From NCBI RefSeq assembly GCF_009914755.1, contig NC_060940.1: a stretch of 64,000 bases of DNA, one strand, 5' to 3'. The stretch's first letter is position 1. Every line of letters begins with the position of its first letter. The notes beneath the pieces are model-generated. The model was not told the origin of the DNA and searched no databases. It worked only from the letters and a program-made list of their open reading frames with translations. The stretch comes from the human T2T-CHM13v2.0 reference genome, Homo sapiens. Shown piece after piece: positions 12,230 to 24,500 of the stretch. Position numbers and translations under genes: made by a program.

Positions 12230-15200
12230 GAGCAGATTTGAAAGTCTCTTTTTGTGGAATTTGCAAGTGGAGATTTCAAGCGCTTTGAGGCCAAAAGCAG
12301 AAAAGGAAATATTTTCCTATAAAACCTCGACAGAATCTTTCTCAGAAACTGCTCTGGGATGTGTGCGTTCAACTCACAGAGTTTAACTTTTCTTTTCATT
12401 CAGCAGTTTGGAAACACTCTGTTTGGAAAGTCTGCACGTGGATATTTTGACCTCTTTGAGGCCTTCGTTGGAAACGGGTTTTTTTCATGTAAGGCTAGAC
12501 AGAAGAAATCTCAGTAACTTCCTTGTGTTGTGTGTATTCAACTGACAGAGTTGAACCTTCCTTTAGACAGAGCAGATTCGAAACACTCTTTTTCTGCAAT
12601 TTGCAAGTGGAGACTTCAAGCGCTTTGAGGCCAAAGGCAGAAAAGGAAATATCTTCGTATAAAAACCCGACAGAATCATTCTCAGAAACTGCTCTGTGAT
12701 GTGTGCGTTCAACTCACAGAGTTTAACTTTTCTTTTCATTCAGCAGTTTGGAAACACTCTGTTTGTAAAGTCTGCAAGTGGATATCTTGGCCTCTTAGAG
12801 GCCTTCGTTGGAAACGGGTTTTTTCATGTAAGGATAGACAGAGGAATTCCCAGTAACTTCCTTGTGTTGTGTGCATTCAACTCACAGAGTTGAACGATTC
12901 TTTACACAGAGCAGATTTGAGACACTCTTTTGGTGGAATTTGTAAGTGGAGAATTCAGCCGCTTTGAGGTCAACGGTAGAAAAGGAAATATCTTCGTATA
13001 AAAACTAGACAGAATGATTCTCAGAAACTGTTTTGTGATGTGTGCGTTCAACTCACAGAGTTTAACCTTTCTTTTCAGAGAGCAGTTAGGAAACACTCTG
13101 TAAAGTCTGCAAGTGGATATTCAGACCTCTTTGAGGCCTTCGTTGGAAACGGGATTTCTTCATATTATGCTAGACAGATGAATTCTCAGTAACTTCCTTG
13201 TGTTGTGTGTATTCAACTCACAGAGTTGAACGATCCTTTACACAGAGCAGATTTGAAACACTGTTTTTCTGGAATTTGCAAGTGGAGATTTCAGCCGCTT
13301 TGAGGTCAATTGTAGAAAAGGAAATATCTTCGTATAAAAACTAGACAGAATGATTCTCAGAAACTCCTTTGTGATGTGTGCGTTCAACTCACAGAGTTTA
13401 ACCTTTCTTTTCACAGAGCAGTTAGGAAACACTCTGTTTGTGAAGCCTGCCAGTGGATATTCGGACCTCTTTCAGGCCTTCGTTGGAAACGGGATTTCTT
13501 CATATTATGCTAGACAGAAGATTTCTCAGTAACTTCTTTGTGTTGTGTGTATGCAACTCACAGAGTTCAACCTTCCTTTAGACAGAGCAGATTTGAAACA
13601 CTCTTTTTGTGGAATTTGCAAGTGGAGATTTCAAGCGCTTCGATGCCAATGGTAGAAAAGGAAATATCTTCGTATAAAAACAAGACAAACTCGTTCCCAG
13701 ACACTGCGTAGTGATGTGTGTGTTTAACTCACAGAGTTTAACCTTTCTTTTCATACAGCATTCTGGAAACCCTCTGTTTGTAAAGTCTGCAAGTGGATAT
13801 TTGGACCTCTTAGATGCCTTCGTTGGAAACGGGATTTCTTCATATAATGCTAGAGGGAAGAATTCTTAGTAACTTCTTTGTGTTGTGTGTATTCAACTGA
13901 CAGAGTTGAACCTTCCTTTAGACAGAGCAGATTTGAAAGTCTCTTTTTGTGGAATTTGCAAGTGGAGATTTCAAGCGCTTTGAGGCCAAAAGCAGAAAAG
14001 GAAATATTTTCCTATAAAAACTAGAGAGAATCATTCTCAGAAACTGCTCTGTGATGTGTGTGTTCAACTCACAGAGTTTAACTTTCTTTTCATTCAGCAG
14101 TTTGGAAACACTCTGTTTGGAAAGTCTGCACGTGGATATTTTGACCTCTTTGAGGCCTTCGTTGGAAACGGGTTTTTTTCATGTAAGGCTAGACAGAAGA
14201 AATCTCAGTAACTTCCTTGTGTTGTGTGTATTCAACTGACAGAGTTGAACCTTCCTTTAGACAGAGCAGATTCGAAACGCTCTTTTTCTGCAATTTGCAA
14301 GTGGAGACTTCAAGCGCTTTGAGGCCAAAGGCAGAAAAGGAAATATCTTCGTAGAAAAACCCGACAGAATCATTCTCAGAAACTGCTCTGTGATGTGTGC
14401 GTTCAACTCACAGAGTTTAACTTTTCTTTTCATTCAGCAGTTTGGAAACACTCTGTTTGTAAAGTCTGCAAGTGGATATCTTGGCCTCTTAGAGGCCTTC
14501 GTTGGAAACGCGTTTTTTCATGTAAGGTTAGACAGAGGAATTCCCAGTAACTTCCTTGTGTTGTGTGCATTCAACTCACAGAGTTGAATGATTCTTTACA
14601 CAGAGCAGATTTGAGACACTCTTTTGGTGGAATTTGTAAGTGTAGAATTCAGCTGCTTTGAGGTCAACGGTAGAAAAGGAAATATCTTCGTATAGAAACT
14701 AGACAGAATGATTCTCAGAAACTGTTTTGTGATGTGTGCGTTCAACTCACAGAGTTTAACCTTTCTTTTCAAAGAGCAGTTAGGAAACACTCTGTTTGTA
14801 AAGTCTGCAAGTGGATATTCAGACCTCTTTGAAGCCTTCGTTGGAAACGGGATTTCATCATATTATGCTAGACAGATGAATTCTCAGTAACTTCCTTGTG
14901 TTGTGTGTATTCAACTCACAGAGTTGAACGATCCTTTACACAGAGCAGATTTGAAACACTGTTTTTCTGGAATTTGCAAGTGGAGATTTCAGCCGCTTTG
15001 AGGTCAATGGTAGAAAAGGAAATATCTTCGTATAAAAACTGGACAGAATGATTCTCAGAAACTCCTTTGTGATGTGTGCGTTCAACTCACAGAGTTTAAC
15101 CTTTCTTTTCACAGAGCAGTTAGGAAACACTCTGTTTGTGAAGCCTGCCAGGGGATATTCGGACCTCTTTGAGGCCTTCGTTGGAAACGGGATTTCTTCA

Positions 15201-18200
15201 TATTTTGCTAGACAGAAGATTTCTCAGTAACTTCTTTGTGTTGTGTGTATACAGCTCACAGAGTTCAACCTTCCTTTAGACAGAGCAGATTTGAAACACT
15301 CTTTTTGTGGAATTTGCAAGTGGAAATTTCAAGCGCATCGATGCCAATGGTAGAAAAGGAAATATCTTCGTATAAAAACAAGACAAACTCGTTCCCAGAC
15401 ACTGCGTAGTGATGTGTGTGTTTAACTCACAGAGTTTAACCTTTCTTTTCATACAGCATTCTGGAAACCCTGTGTTTGTAAAGTCTGCAAGTGGATATTT
15501 GGACCTCTTAGATGCCTTCGTTGGAAACGGGATTTCCTCATATAATGCTAGAGGGAAGAATTCTTAGTAACTTCTTTGTGTTGTGTGTATTCAACTGACA
15601 GAGTTGAACCTTCCTTTAGACAGAGCAGATTTGAAAGTCTCTTTTTGTGGAATTTGCAAGTGGAGATTTCAAGCGCTTTGAGGCCAAAAGCAGAAAAGGA
15701 AATATTTTCCTATAAAACCTCGACAGAATCTTTCTCAGAAACTGCTCTGGGATGTGTGCGTTCAACTCACAGAGTTTAACTTTTCTTTTCATTCAGCAGT
15801 TTGGAAACACTCTGTTTGGAAAGTCTGCACGTGGATATTTTGACCTCTTTGAGGCCTTCGTTGGAAACGGGTTTTTTTCATGTAAGGCTAGACAGAAGAA
15901 ATCTCAGTAACTTCCTTGTGTTGTGTGTATTCAACTGACAGAGTTGAACCTTCCTTTAGACAGAGCAGATTCGAAACACTCTTTTTCTGCAATTTGCAAG
16001 TGGAGACTTCAAGCGCTTTGAGGCCAAAGGCAGAAAAGGAAATATCTTCGTATAAAAACCCGACAGAATCATTCTCAGAAACTGCTCTGTGATGTGTGCG
16101 TTCAACTCACAGAGTTTAACTTTTCTTTTCATTCAGCAGTTTGGAAACACTCTGTTTGTAAAGTCTGCAAGTGGATATCTTGGCCTCTTAGAGGCCTTCG
16201 TTGGAAACGGGTTTTTTCATGTAAGGATAGACAGAGGAATTCCCAGTAACTTCCTTGTGTTGTGTGCATTCAACTCACAGAGTTGAACGATTCTTTACAC
16301 AGAGCAGATTTGAGACACTCTTTTGGTGGAATTTGTAAGTGGAGAATTCAGCCGCTTTGAGGTCAACGGTAGAAAAGGAAATATCTTCGTATAAAAACTA
16401 GACAGAATGATTCTCAGAAACTGTTTTGTGATGTGTGCGTTCAACTCACAGAGTTTAACCTTTCTTTTCAGAGAGCAGTTAGGAAACACTCTGTAAAGTC
16501 TGCAAGTGGATATTCAGACCTCTTTGAGGCCTTCGTTGGAAACGGGATTTCTTCATATTATGCTAGACAGATGAATTCTCAGTAACTTCCTTGTGTTGTG
16601 TGTATTCAACTCACAGAGTTGAACGATCCTTTACACAGAGCAGATTTGAAACACTGTTTTTCTGGAATTTGCAAGTGGAGATTTCAGCCGCTTTGAGGTC
16701 AATTGTAGAAAAGGAAATATCTTCGTATAAAAACTAGACAGAATGATTCTCAGAAACTCCTTTGTGATGTGTGCGTTCAACTCACAGAGTTTAACCTTTC
16801 TTTTCACAGAGCAGTTAGGAAACACTCTGTTTGTGAAGCCTGCCAGTGGATATTCGGACCTCTTTCAGGCCTTCGTTGGAAACGGGATTTCTTCATATTA
16901 TGCTAGACAGAAGATTTCTCAGTAACTTCTTTGTGTTGTGTGTATGCAACTCACAGAGTTCAACCTTCCTTTAGACAGAGCAGATTTGAAACACTCTTTT
17001 TGTGGAATTTGCAAGTGGAGATTTCAAGCGCTTCGATGCCAATGGTAGAAAAGGAAATATCTTCGTATAAAAACAAGACAAACTCGTTCCCAGACACTGC
17101 GTAGTGATGTGTGTGTTTAACTCACAGAGTTTAACCTTTCTTTTCATACAGCATTCTGGAAACCCTCTGTTTGTAAAGTCTGCAAGTGGATATTTGGACC
17201 TCTTAGATGCCTTCGTTGGAAACGGGATTTCTTCATATAATGCTAGAGGGAAGAATTCTTAGTAACTTCTTTGTGTTGTGTGTATTCAACTGACAGAGTT
17301 GAACCTTCCTTTAGACAGAGCAGATTTGAAAGTCTCTTTTTGTGGAATTTGCAAGTGGAGATTTCAAGCGCTTTGAGGCCAAAAGCAGAAAAGGAAATAT
17401 TTTCCTATAAAAACTAGAGAGAATCATTCTCAGAAACTGCTCTGTGATGTGTGTGTTCAACTCACAGAGTTTAACTTTCTTTTCATTCAGCAGTTTGGAA
17501 ACACTCTGTTTGGAAAGTCTGCACGTGGATATTTTGACCTCTTTGAGGCCTTCGTTGGAAACGGGTTTTTTTCATGTAAGGCTAGACAGAAGAAATCTCA
17601 GTAACTTCCTTGTGTTGTGTGTATTCAACTGACAGAGTTGAACCTTCCTTTAGACAGAGCAGATTCGAAACGCTCTTTTTCTGCAATTTGCAAGTGGAGA
17701 CTTCAAGCGCTTTGAGGCCAAAGGCAGAAAAGGAAATATCTTCGTAGAAAAACCCGACAGAATCATTCTCAGAAACTGCTCTGTGATGTGTGCGTTCAAC
17801 TCACAGAGTTTAACTTTTCTTTTCATTCAGCAGTTTGGAAACACTCTGTTTGTAAAGTCTGCAAGTGGATATCTTGGCCTCTTAGAGGCCTTCGTTGGAA
17901 ACGCGTTTTTTCATGTAAGGTTAGACAGAGGAATTCCCAGTAACTTCCTTGTGTTGTGTGCATTCAACTCACAGAGTTGAATGATTCTTTACACAGAGCA
18001 GATTTGAGACACTCTTTTGGTGGAATTTGTAAGTGTAGAATTCAGCTGCTTTGAGGTCAACGGTAGAAAAGGAAATATCTTCGTATAGAAACTAGACAGA
18101 ATGATTCTCAGAAACTGTTTTGTGATGTGTGCGTTCAACTCACAGAGTTTAACCTTTCTTTTCAAAGAGCAGTTAGGAAACACTCTGTTTGTAAAGTCTG

Positions 18201-19020
18201 CAAGTGGATATTCAGACCTCTTTGAAGCCTTCGTTGGAAACGGGATTTCATCATATTATGCTAGACAGATGAATTCTCAGTAACTTCCTTGTGTTGTGTG
18301 TATTCAACTCACAGAGTTGAACGATCCTTTACACAGAGCAGATTTGAAACACTGTTTTTCTGGAATTTGCAAGTGGAGATTTCAGCCGCTTTGAGGTCAA
18401 TGGTAGAAAAGGAAATATCTTCGTATAAAAACTGGACAGAATGATTCTCAGAAACTCCTTTGTGATGTGTGCGTTCAACTCACAGAGTTTAACCTTTCTT
18501 TTCACAGAGCAGTTAGGAAACACTCTGTTTGTGAAGCCTGCCAGGGGATATTCGGACCTCTTTGAGGCCTTCGTTGGAAACGGGATTTCTTCATATTTTG
18601 CTAGACAGAAGATTTCTCAGTAACTTCTTTGTGTTGTGTGTATACAGCTCACAGAGTTCAACCTTCCTTTAGACAGAGCAGATTTGAAACACTCTTTTTG
18701 TGGAATTTGCAAGTGGAAATTTCAAGCGCATCGATGCCAATGGTAGAAAAGGAAATATCTTCGTATAAAAACAAGACAAACTCGTTCCCAGACACTGCGT
18801 AGTGATGTGTGTGTTTAACTCACAGAGTTTAACCTTTCTTTTCATACAGCATTCTGGAAACCCTGTGTTTGTAAAGTCTGCAAGTGGATATTTGGACCTC
18901 TTAGATGCCTTCGTTGGAAACGGGATTTCCTCATATAATGCTAGAGGGAAGAATTCTTAGTAACTTCTTTGTGTTGTGTGTATTCAACTGACAGAGTTGA
19001 ACCTTCCTTTAGACAGAGCA
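12230..19020 (+). repeat. Tandem duplication of a 2-HOR block (period 3393 bp)
   Basis: The same variant sets are offset by 3393 (12696/16089, 14051/17444, 14390/17783, 15048/18441). A chimeric HOR has its junction between 15537 and 15710. Ends are approximate. Confidence 0.85.
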
Positions 19021-21549
19021 GATTTGAAAGTCTCTTTTTGTGGAATTTGCAAGTGGAGATTTCAAGCGCTTTGAGGCCAAAAGCAGAAAAGGAAATATTT
19101 TCTAATAAAAACTAGACAGAATCTTTCTCAGAAACTGCTCTGGGATGTGTGCGTTCAACTCACAGAGTTTAACTTTTCTTTTCATTCAGCAGTTTGGAAA
19201 CACTCTGTTTGGAAAGTCTGCACGTGGATATTTTGACCTCTTTGAGGCCTTCGTTGGAAACGGGTTTTTTTCATGTAAGGCTAGACAGAAGAAATCTCAG
19301 TAACTTCCTTGTGTTGTGTGTATTCAACTGACAGAGTTGAACCTTCCTTTAGACAGAGCAGATTCGAAACACTCTTTTTCTGCAATTTGCAAGTGGAGAC
19401 TTCAAGCGCTTTGAGGCCAAAGGCAGAAAAGGAAATATCTTCGTATAAAAACCCGACAGAATCATTCTCAGAAACTGCTCTGTGATGTGTGCGTTCAACT
19501 CACAGAGTTTAACTTTTCTTTTCATTCAGCAGTTTGGAAACACTCTGTTTGTAAAGTCTGCAAGTGGATATCTTGGCCTCTTAGAGGCCTTCGTTGGAAA
19601 CGGGTTTTTTCATTTAAGGTTAGACAGAGGAATTCCCAGTAACTTCCTTGTGTTGTGTGCATTCAACTCACAGAGTTGAATGATTCTTTACACAGAGCAG
19701 ATTTGAGACACTCTTTGGGTGGAATTTGTAAGTGGAGAATTCAGCCGCTTTGAGGTCAACGGTAGAAAAGGAAATATCTTCGTATAAAAACTAGACAGAA
19801 TGATTCTCAGAAACTGTTTTGTGATGTGTGCGTTCAACTCACAGAGTTTAACCTTTCTTTTCAAAGAGCAGTTAGGAAACACTCTGTAAAGTCTGCAAGT
19901 GGATATTCAGACCTCTTTGAGGCCTTCGTTGGAAACGGGATTTCTTCATATTATGCTAGACAGATGAATTCTCAGTAACTTCCTTGTGTTGTGTGTATTC
20001 AACTCACAGAGTTGAACGATCCTTTACACAGAGCAGATTTGAAACACTGTTTTTCTGGAATTTGCAAGTGGAGATTTCAGCCGCTTTGAGGTCAATGGTA
20101 GAAAAGGAAATATCTTCGTATAAAAACTAGACAGAATGATTCTCAGAAACTCCTTTGTGATGTGTGCGTTCAACTCACAGAGTTTAACCTTTCTTTTCAC
20201 AGAGCAGTTAGGAAACACTCTGTTTGTGAAGCCTGCCAGTGGATAATCGGACCTCTTTGAGGCCTTCGTTGGAAACGGGATTTCTTCATATTATGCTAGA
20301 CAGAAGATTTCTCAGTAACTTCTTTGTGTTGTGTGTATGCAACTCACAGAGTTCAACCTTCCTTTAGACAGAGCAGATTTGAAACACTCTTTTTGTGGAA
20401 TTTGCAAGTGGAGATTTCAAGCGCTTCGATGCCAATGGTAGAAAACGAAATATCTTCGTATAAAAACAAGACAAACTCGTTCCCAGACACTGCGTAGTGA
20501 TGTGTGTGTTTAACTCACAGAGTTTCACCTTTCTTTTCATACAGCATTCTGGAAACCCTGTGTTTGTAAAGTCTGCAAGTGGATATTTGGACCTCTTAGA
20601 TGCCTTCGTTGGAAACGGGATTTCTTCATATAATGCTAGAGGGAAGAATTCTTAGTAACTTCTTTGTGTTGTGTGTATTCAACTGACAGAGTTGAACCTT
20701 CCTTTAGACAGAGCAGATTTGAAAGTCTCTTTTTGTGGAATTTGCAAGTGGAGATTTCAAGCGCTTTGAGGCCAAAAGCAGAAAAGGAAATATTTTCCTA
20801 TAAAAACTCGACAGAATCATTCTCAGAAACTGCTCTGTGATGTGTGCGTTCAACTCACAGAGTTTAACTTTTCTTTTCATTCAGCAGTTTGGAAACACTG
20901 TTTGGAAAGTCTGCACGTGGATATTTTGACCTCTTTGAGGCCTTCGTTGGAAACGGGTTTTTTTCATGTAAGGCTAGACAGAAGAAATCTCAGTAACTTC
21001 CTTGTGTTGTGTGTATTCAACTGACAGAGTTGAACCTTCCTTTAGACAGAGCAGATTCGAAACAATCTTTTTCTGCTATTTGCAAGTGGAGACTTCAAGC
21101 GCTTTGAGGCCAAAGGCAGAAAAGGGAATATCTTCGTATAAAAACCCGACAGAATCATTCTCAGAAACTGCTCTGTGATGTGTGCGTTCAACTCACAGAG
21201 TTTAACTTTTCTTTTCATTCAGCAGTTTGGAAACACTCTGTTTGTAAAGTCTGCAAGTGGATATCTTGGCCTCTTAGAGGCCTTCGTTGGAAACGGGTTT
21301 TTTCATGTAAGGATAGACAGAGGAATTCCCAGTAACTTCCTTGTGTTGTGTGCATTCAACTCACAGAGTTGAATGATTCTTTACACAGAGCAGATTTGAG
21401 ACACTCTTTTGGTGGAATTTGTAAGTGGAGAATTCAGCCGCTTTGAGGTCAACGGTAGAAAAGGAAATATCTTCGTATAAAAACTAGACAGAATGATTCT
21501 CAGAAACTGTTTTGTGATGTGTGCGTTCAACTCACAGAGTTTAACCTTT

Positions 21550-24500
21550 CTTTTCAAAGAGCAGTTAGGAAACACTCTGTTTGTAAAGTCTGCAAGTGGA
21601 TATTCAGACCTCTTTGAGGCCTTCGTTGGAAACGGGATTTCTTCATATTATGCTAGACAGATGAATTCTCAGTAACTTCCTTGTGTTGTGTGTATTCAAC
21701 TCACAGAGTTGAACGATCCTTTACACAGAGCAGATTTGAAACACTGTTTTTCTGGAATTTGCAAGTGGAGATTTCAGCCGCTTTGAGGTCAATGGTAGAA
21801 AAGGAAATATCTTCGTATAAAAACTAGACAGAATGATTCTCAGAAACTCCTTTGTGATGTGTGCGTTCAACTCACAGGGTTTAACCTTTCTTTTCACAGA
21901 GCAGTTAGGAAACACTCTGTTTGTGAAGCCTGCCAGTGGATATTCGGACCTCTTTGAGGCCTTCGTTGGAAACGGGATTTCTTCATATTATGCTAGACAG
22001 AAGATTTCTCAGTAACTTCTTTGTGTTGTGTGTATGCAACTCACAGAGTTCAACCTTCCTTTAGACAGAGCAGATTTGAAACACTCTTTTTGTGGAATTT
22101 GCAAGTGGAGATTTCAAGCGCTTCGATGCCAATGGTAGAAAAGGAAATATCTTCGTATAAAAACAAGACAAACTCGTTCCCAGACACTGCGTAGTGATGT
22201 GTGTGTTTAACTCACAGAGTTTAACCTTTCTTTTCATACAGCATTCTGGAAACCCTCTGTTTGTAAAGTCTGCAAGTGGATATTTGGACCTCTTAGATGC
22301 CTTCGTTGGAAACGGGATTTCTTCATATAATGCTAGAGGGAAGAATTCTTAGTAACTTCTTTGTGTTGTGTGTATTCAACTGACAGAGTTGAACCTTCCT
22401 TTAGACAGAGCAGATTTGAAAGTCTCTTTTTGTGGAATTTGCAAGTGGAGATTTCAAGCGCTTTGAGGCCAAAAGCAGAAAAGGAAATATTTTCCTATAA
22501 AAACTAGAGAGAATCATTCTCAGAAACTGCTCTGTGATGTGTGTGTTCAACTCACAGAGTTTAACTTTCTTTTCATTCAGCAGTTTGGAAACACTCTGTT
22601 TGGAAAGTCTGCACGTGGATATTTTGACCTCTTTGAGGCCTTCGTTGGAAACGGGTTTTTTTCATGTAAGGCTAGACAGAAGAAATCTCAGTAACTTCCT
22701 TGTGTTGTGTGTATTCAACTGACAGAGTTGAACCTTCCTTTAGACAGAGCAGATTCGAAACACTCTTTTTCTGCAATTTGCAAGTGGAGACTTCAAGCGC
22801 TTTGAGGCCAAAGGCAGAAAAGGAAATATCTTCGTATAAAAACCCGACAGTATCATTCTCAGAAACTGCTCTGTGATGTGTGCGTTCAACTCACAGAGTT
22901 TAACTTTTCTTTTCATTCAGCAGTTTGGAAACACTCTGTTTGTAAAGTCTGCAAGTGGATATATTGGCCTCTTAGAGGCCTTCGTTGGAAACGGGTTTTT
23001 TCATTTAAGGTTAGACAGAGGAATTCCCAGTAACTTCCTTGTGTTGTGTGCATTCAACTCACAGAGTTGAATGATTCTTTACACAGAGCAGATTTGAGAC
23101 ACTGTTGGTGGAATTTGTAAGTGGAGAATTCAGCCGCTTTGAGGTCAATGGTAGAAAAGGAAATATCTTCGTATAAAAACTAGACAGAATGATTCTCAGA
23201 AACTGTTTTTTGATGTGTGCGTTCAACTCACAGAGTTTAACCTTTCTTTTCAAAGAGCAGTTAGGAAACACTCTGTTTGTAAAGTCTGCAAGCGGATATT
23301 CAGACCTCTTTGAGGCCTTCGTTGGAAACGGGATTTCTTCATATTATGCTAGACAGATGAATTCTCAGTAACTTCCTTGTGTTGTGTGTATTCAACTCAC
23401 AGAGTTGAACGATCCTTTACACAGAGCAGATTTGAAACACTGTTTTTCTGGAATTTGCAAGTGGAGATTTCAGCCGCTTTGAGGTCAATGGTAGAAAAGG
23501 AAATATCTTCGTATAAAAACTAGACAGAATGATTCTCAGAAACTCCTTTGTGATGTGTGCGTTCAACTCACAGAGTTTAACCTTTCTTTTCACAGAGCAG
23601 TTAGGAAACACTCTGTTTGTGAAGCCTGCCAGTGGATATTCAGACCTCTTTCAGGCCTTCGTTGGAAACGGGATTTCTTCATATTATGCTAGACAGAAGA
23701 TTTCTCAGTAACTTCTTCGTGTTGTGTGTATGCAACTCACAGAGTTCAACCTTCCTTTAGACAGAGCAGATTTGAAACACTCTTTTTGTGGAATTTGCAA
23801 GTGGAGATTTCAAGCGCTTCGATGCCAATGGTAGAAAAGGAAATATCTTCGTATAAAAACAAGACAAACTCGTTCCCAGACACTGCGTAGTGATGTGTGT
23901 GTTTAACTCACAGAGTTTCACCTTTCTTTTCATACAGCATTCTGGAAACCCTCTGTTTGTAAAGTCTGCAAGTCGATATTTGGACCTCTTAGATGCCTTC
24001 GTTGGAAACGGGATTTCTTCATATAATGCTAGAGGGAAGAATTCTTAGTAACTTCTTTGTGTTGTGTGTATTCAACTGACAGAGTTGAACCTTCCTTTAG
24101 ACAGAGCAGATTTGAAAGTCTCTTTTTGTGGAATTTGCAAGTGGAGATTTCAAGCGCTTTGAGGCCAAAAGCAGAAAAGGAAATATTTTCCTATAAAACC
24201 TCGACAGAATCTTTCTCAGAAACTGCTCTGGGATGTGTGCGTTCAACTCACAGAGTTTAACTTTTCTTTTCATTCAGCAGTTTGGAAACACTCTGTTTGG
24301 AAAGTCTGCACGTGGATATTTTGACCTCTTTGAGGCCTTCGTTGGAAACGGGTTTTTTTCATGTAAGGCTAGACAGAAGAAATCTCAGTAACTTCCTTGT
24401 GTTGTGTGTATTCAACTGACAGAGTTGAACCTTCCTTTAGACAGAGCAGATTCGAAACACTCTTTTTCTGCAATTTGCAAGTGGAGACTTCAAGCGCTTT

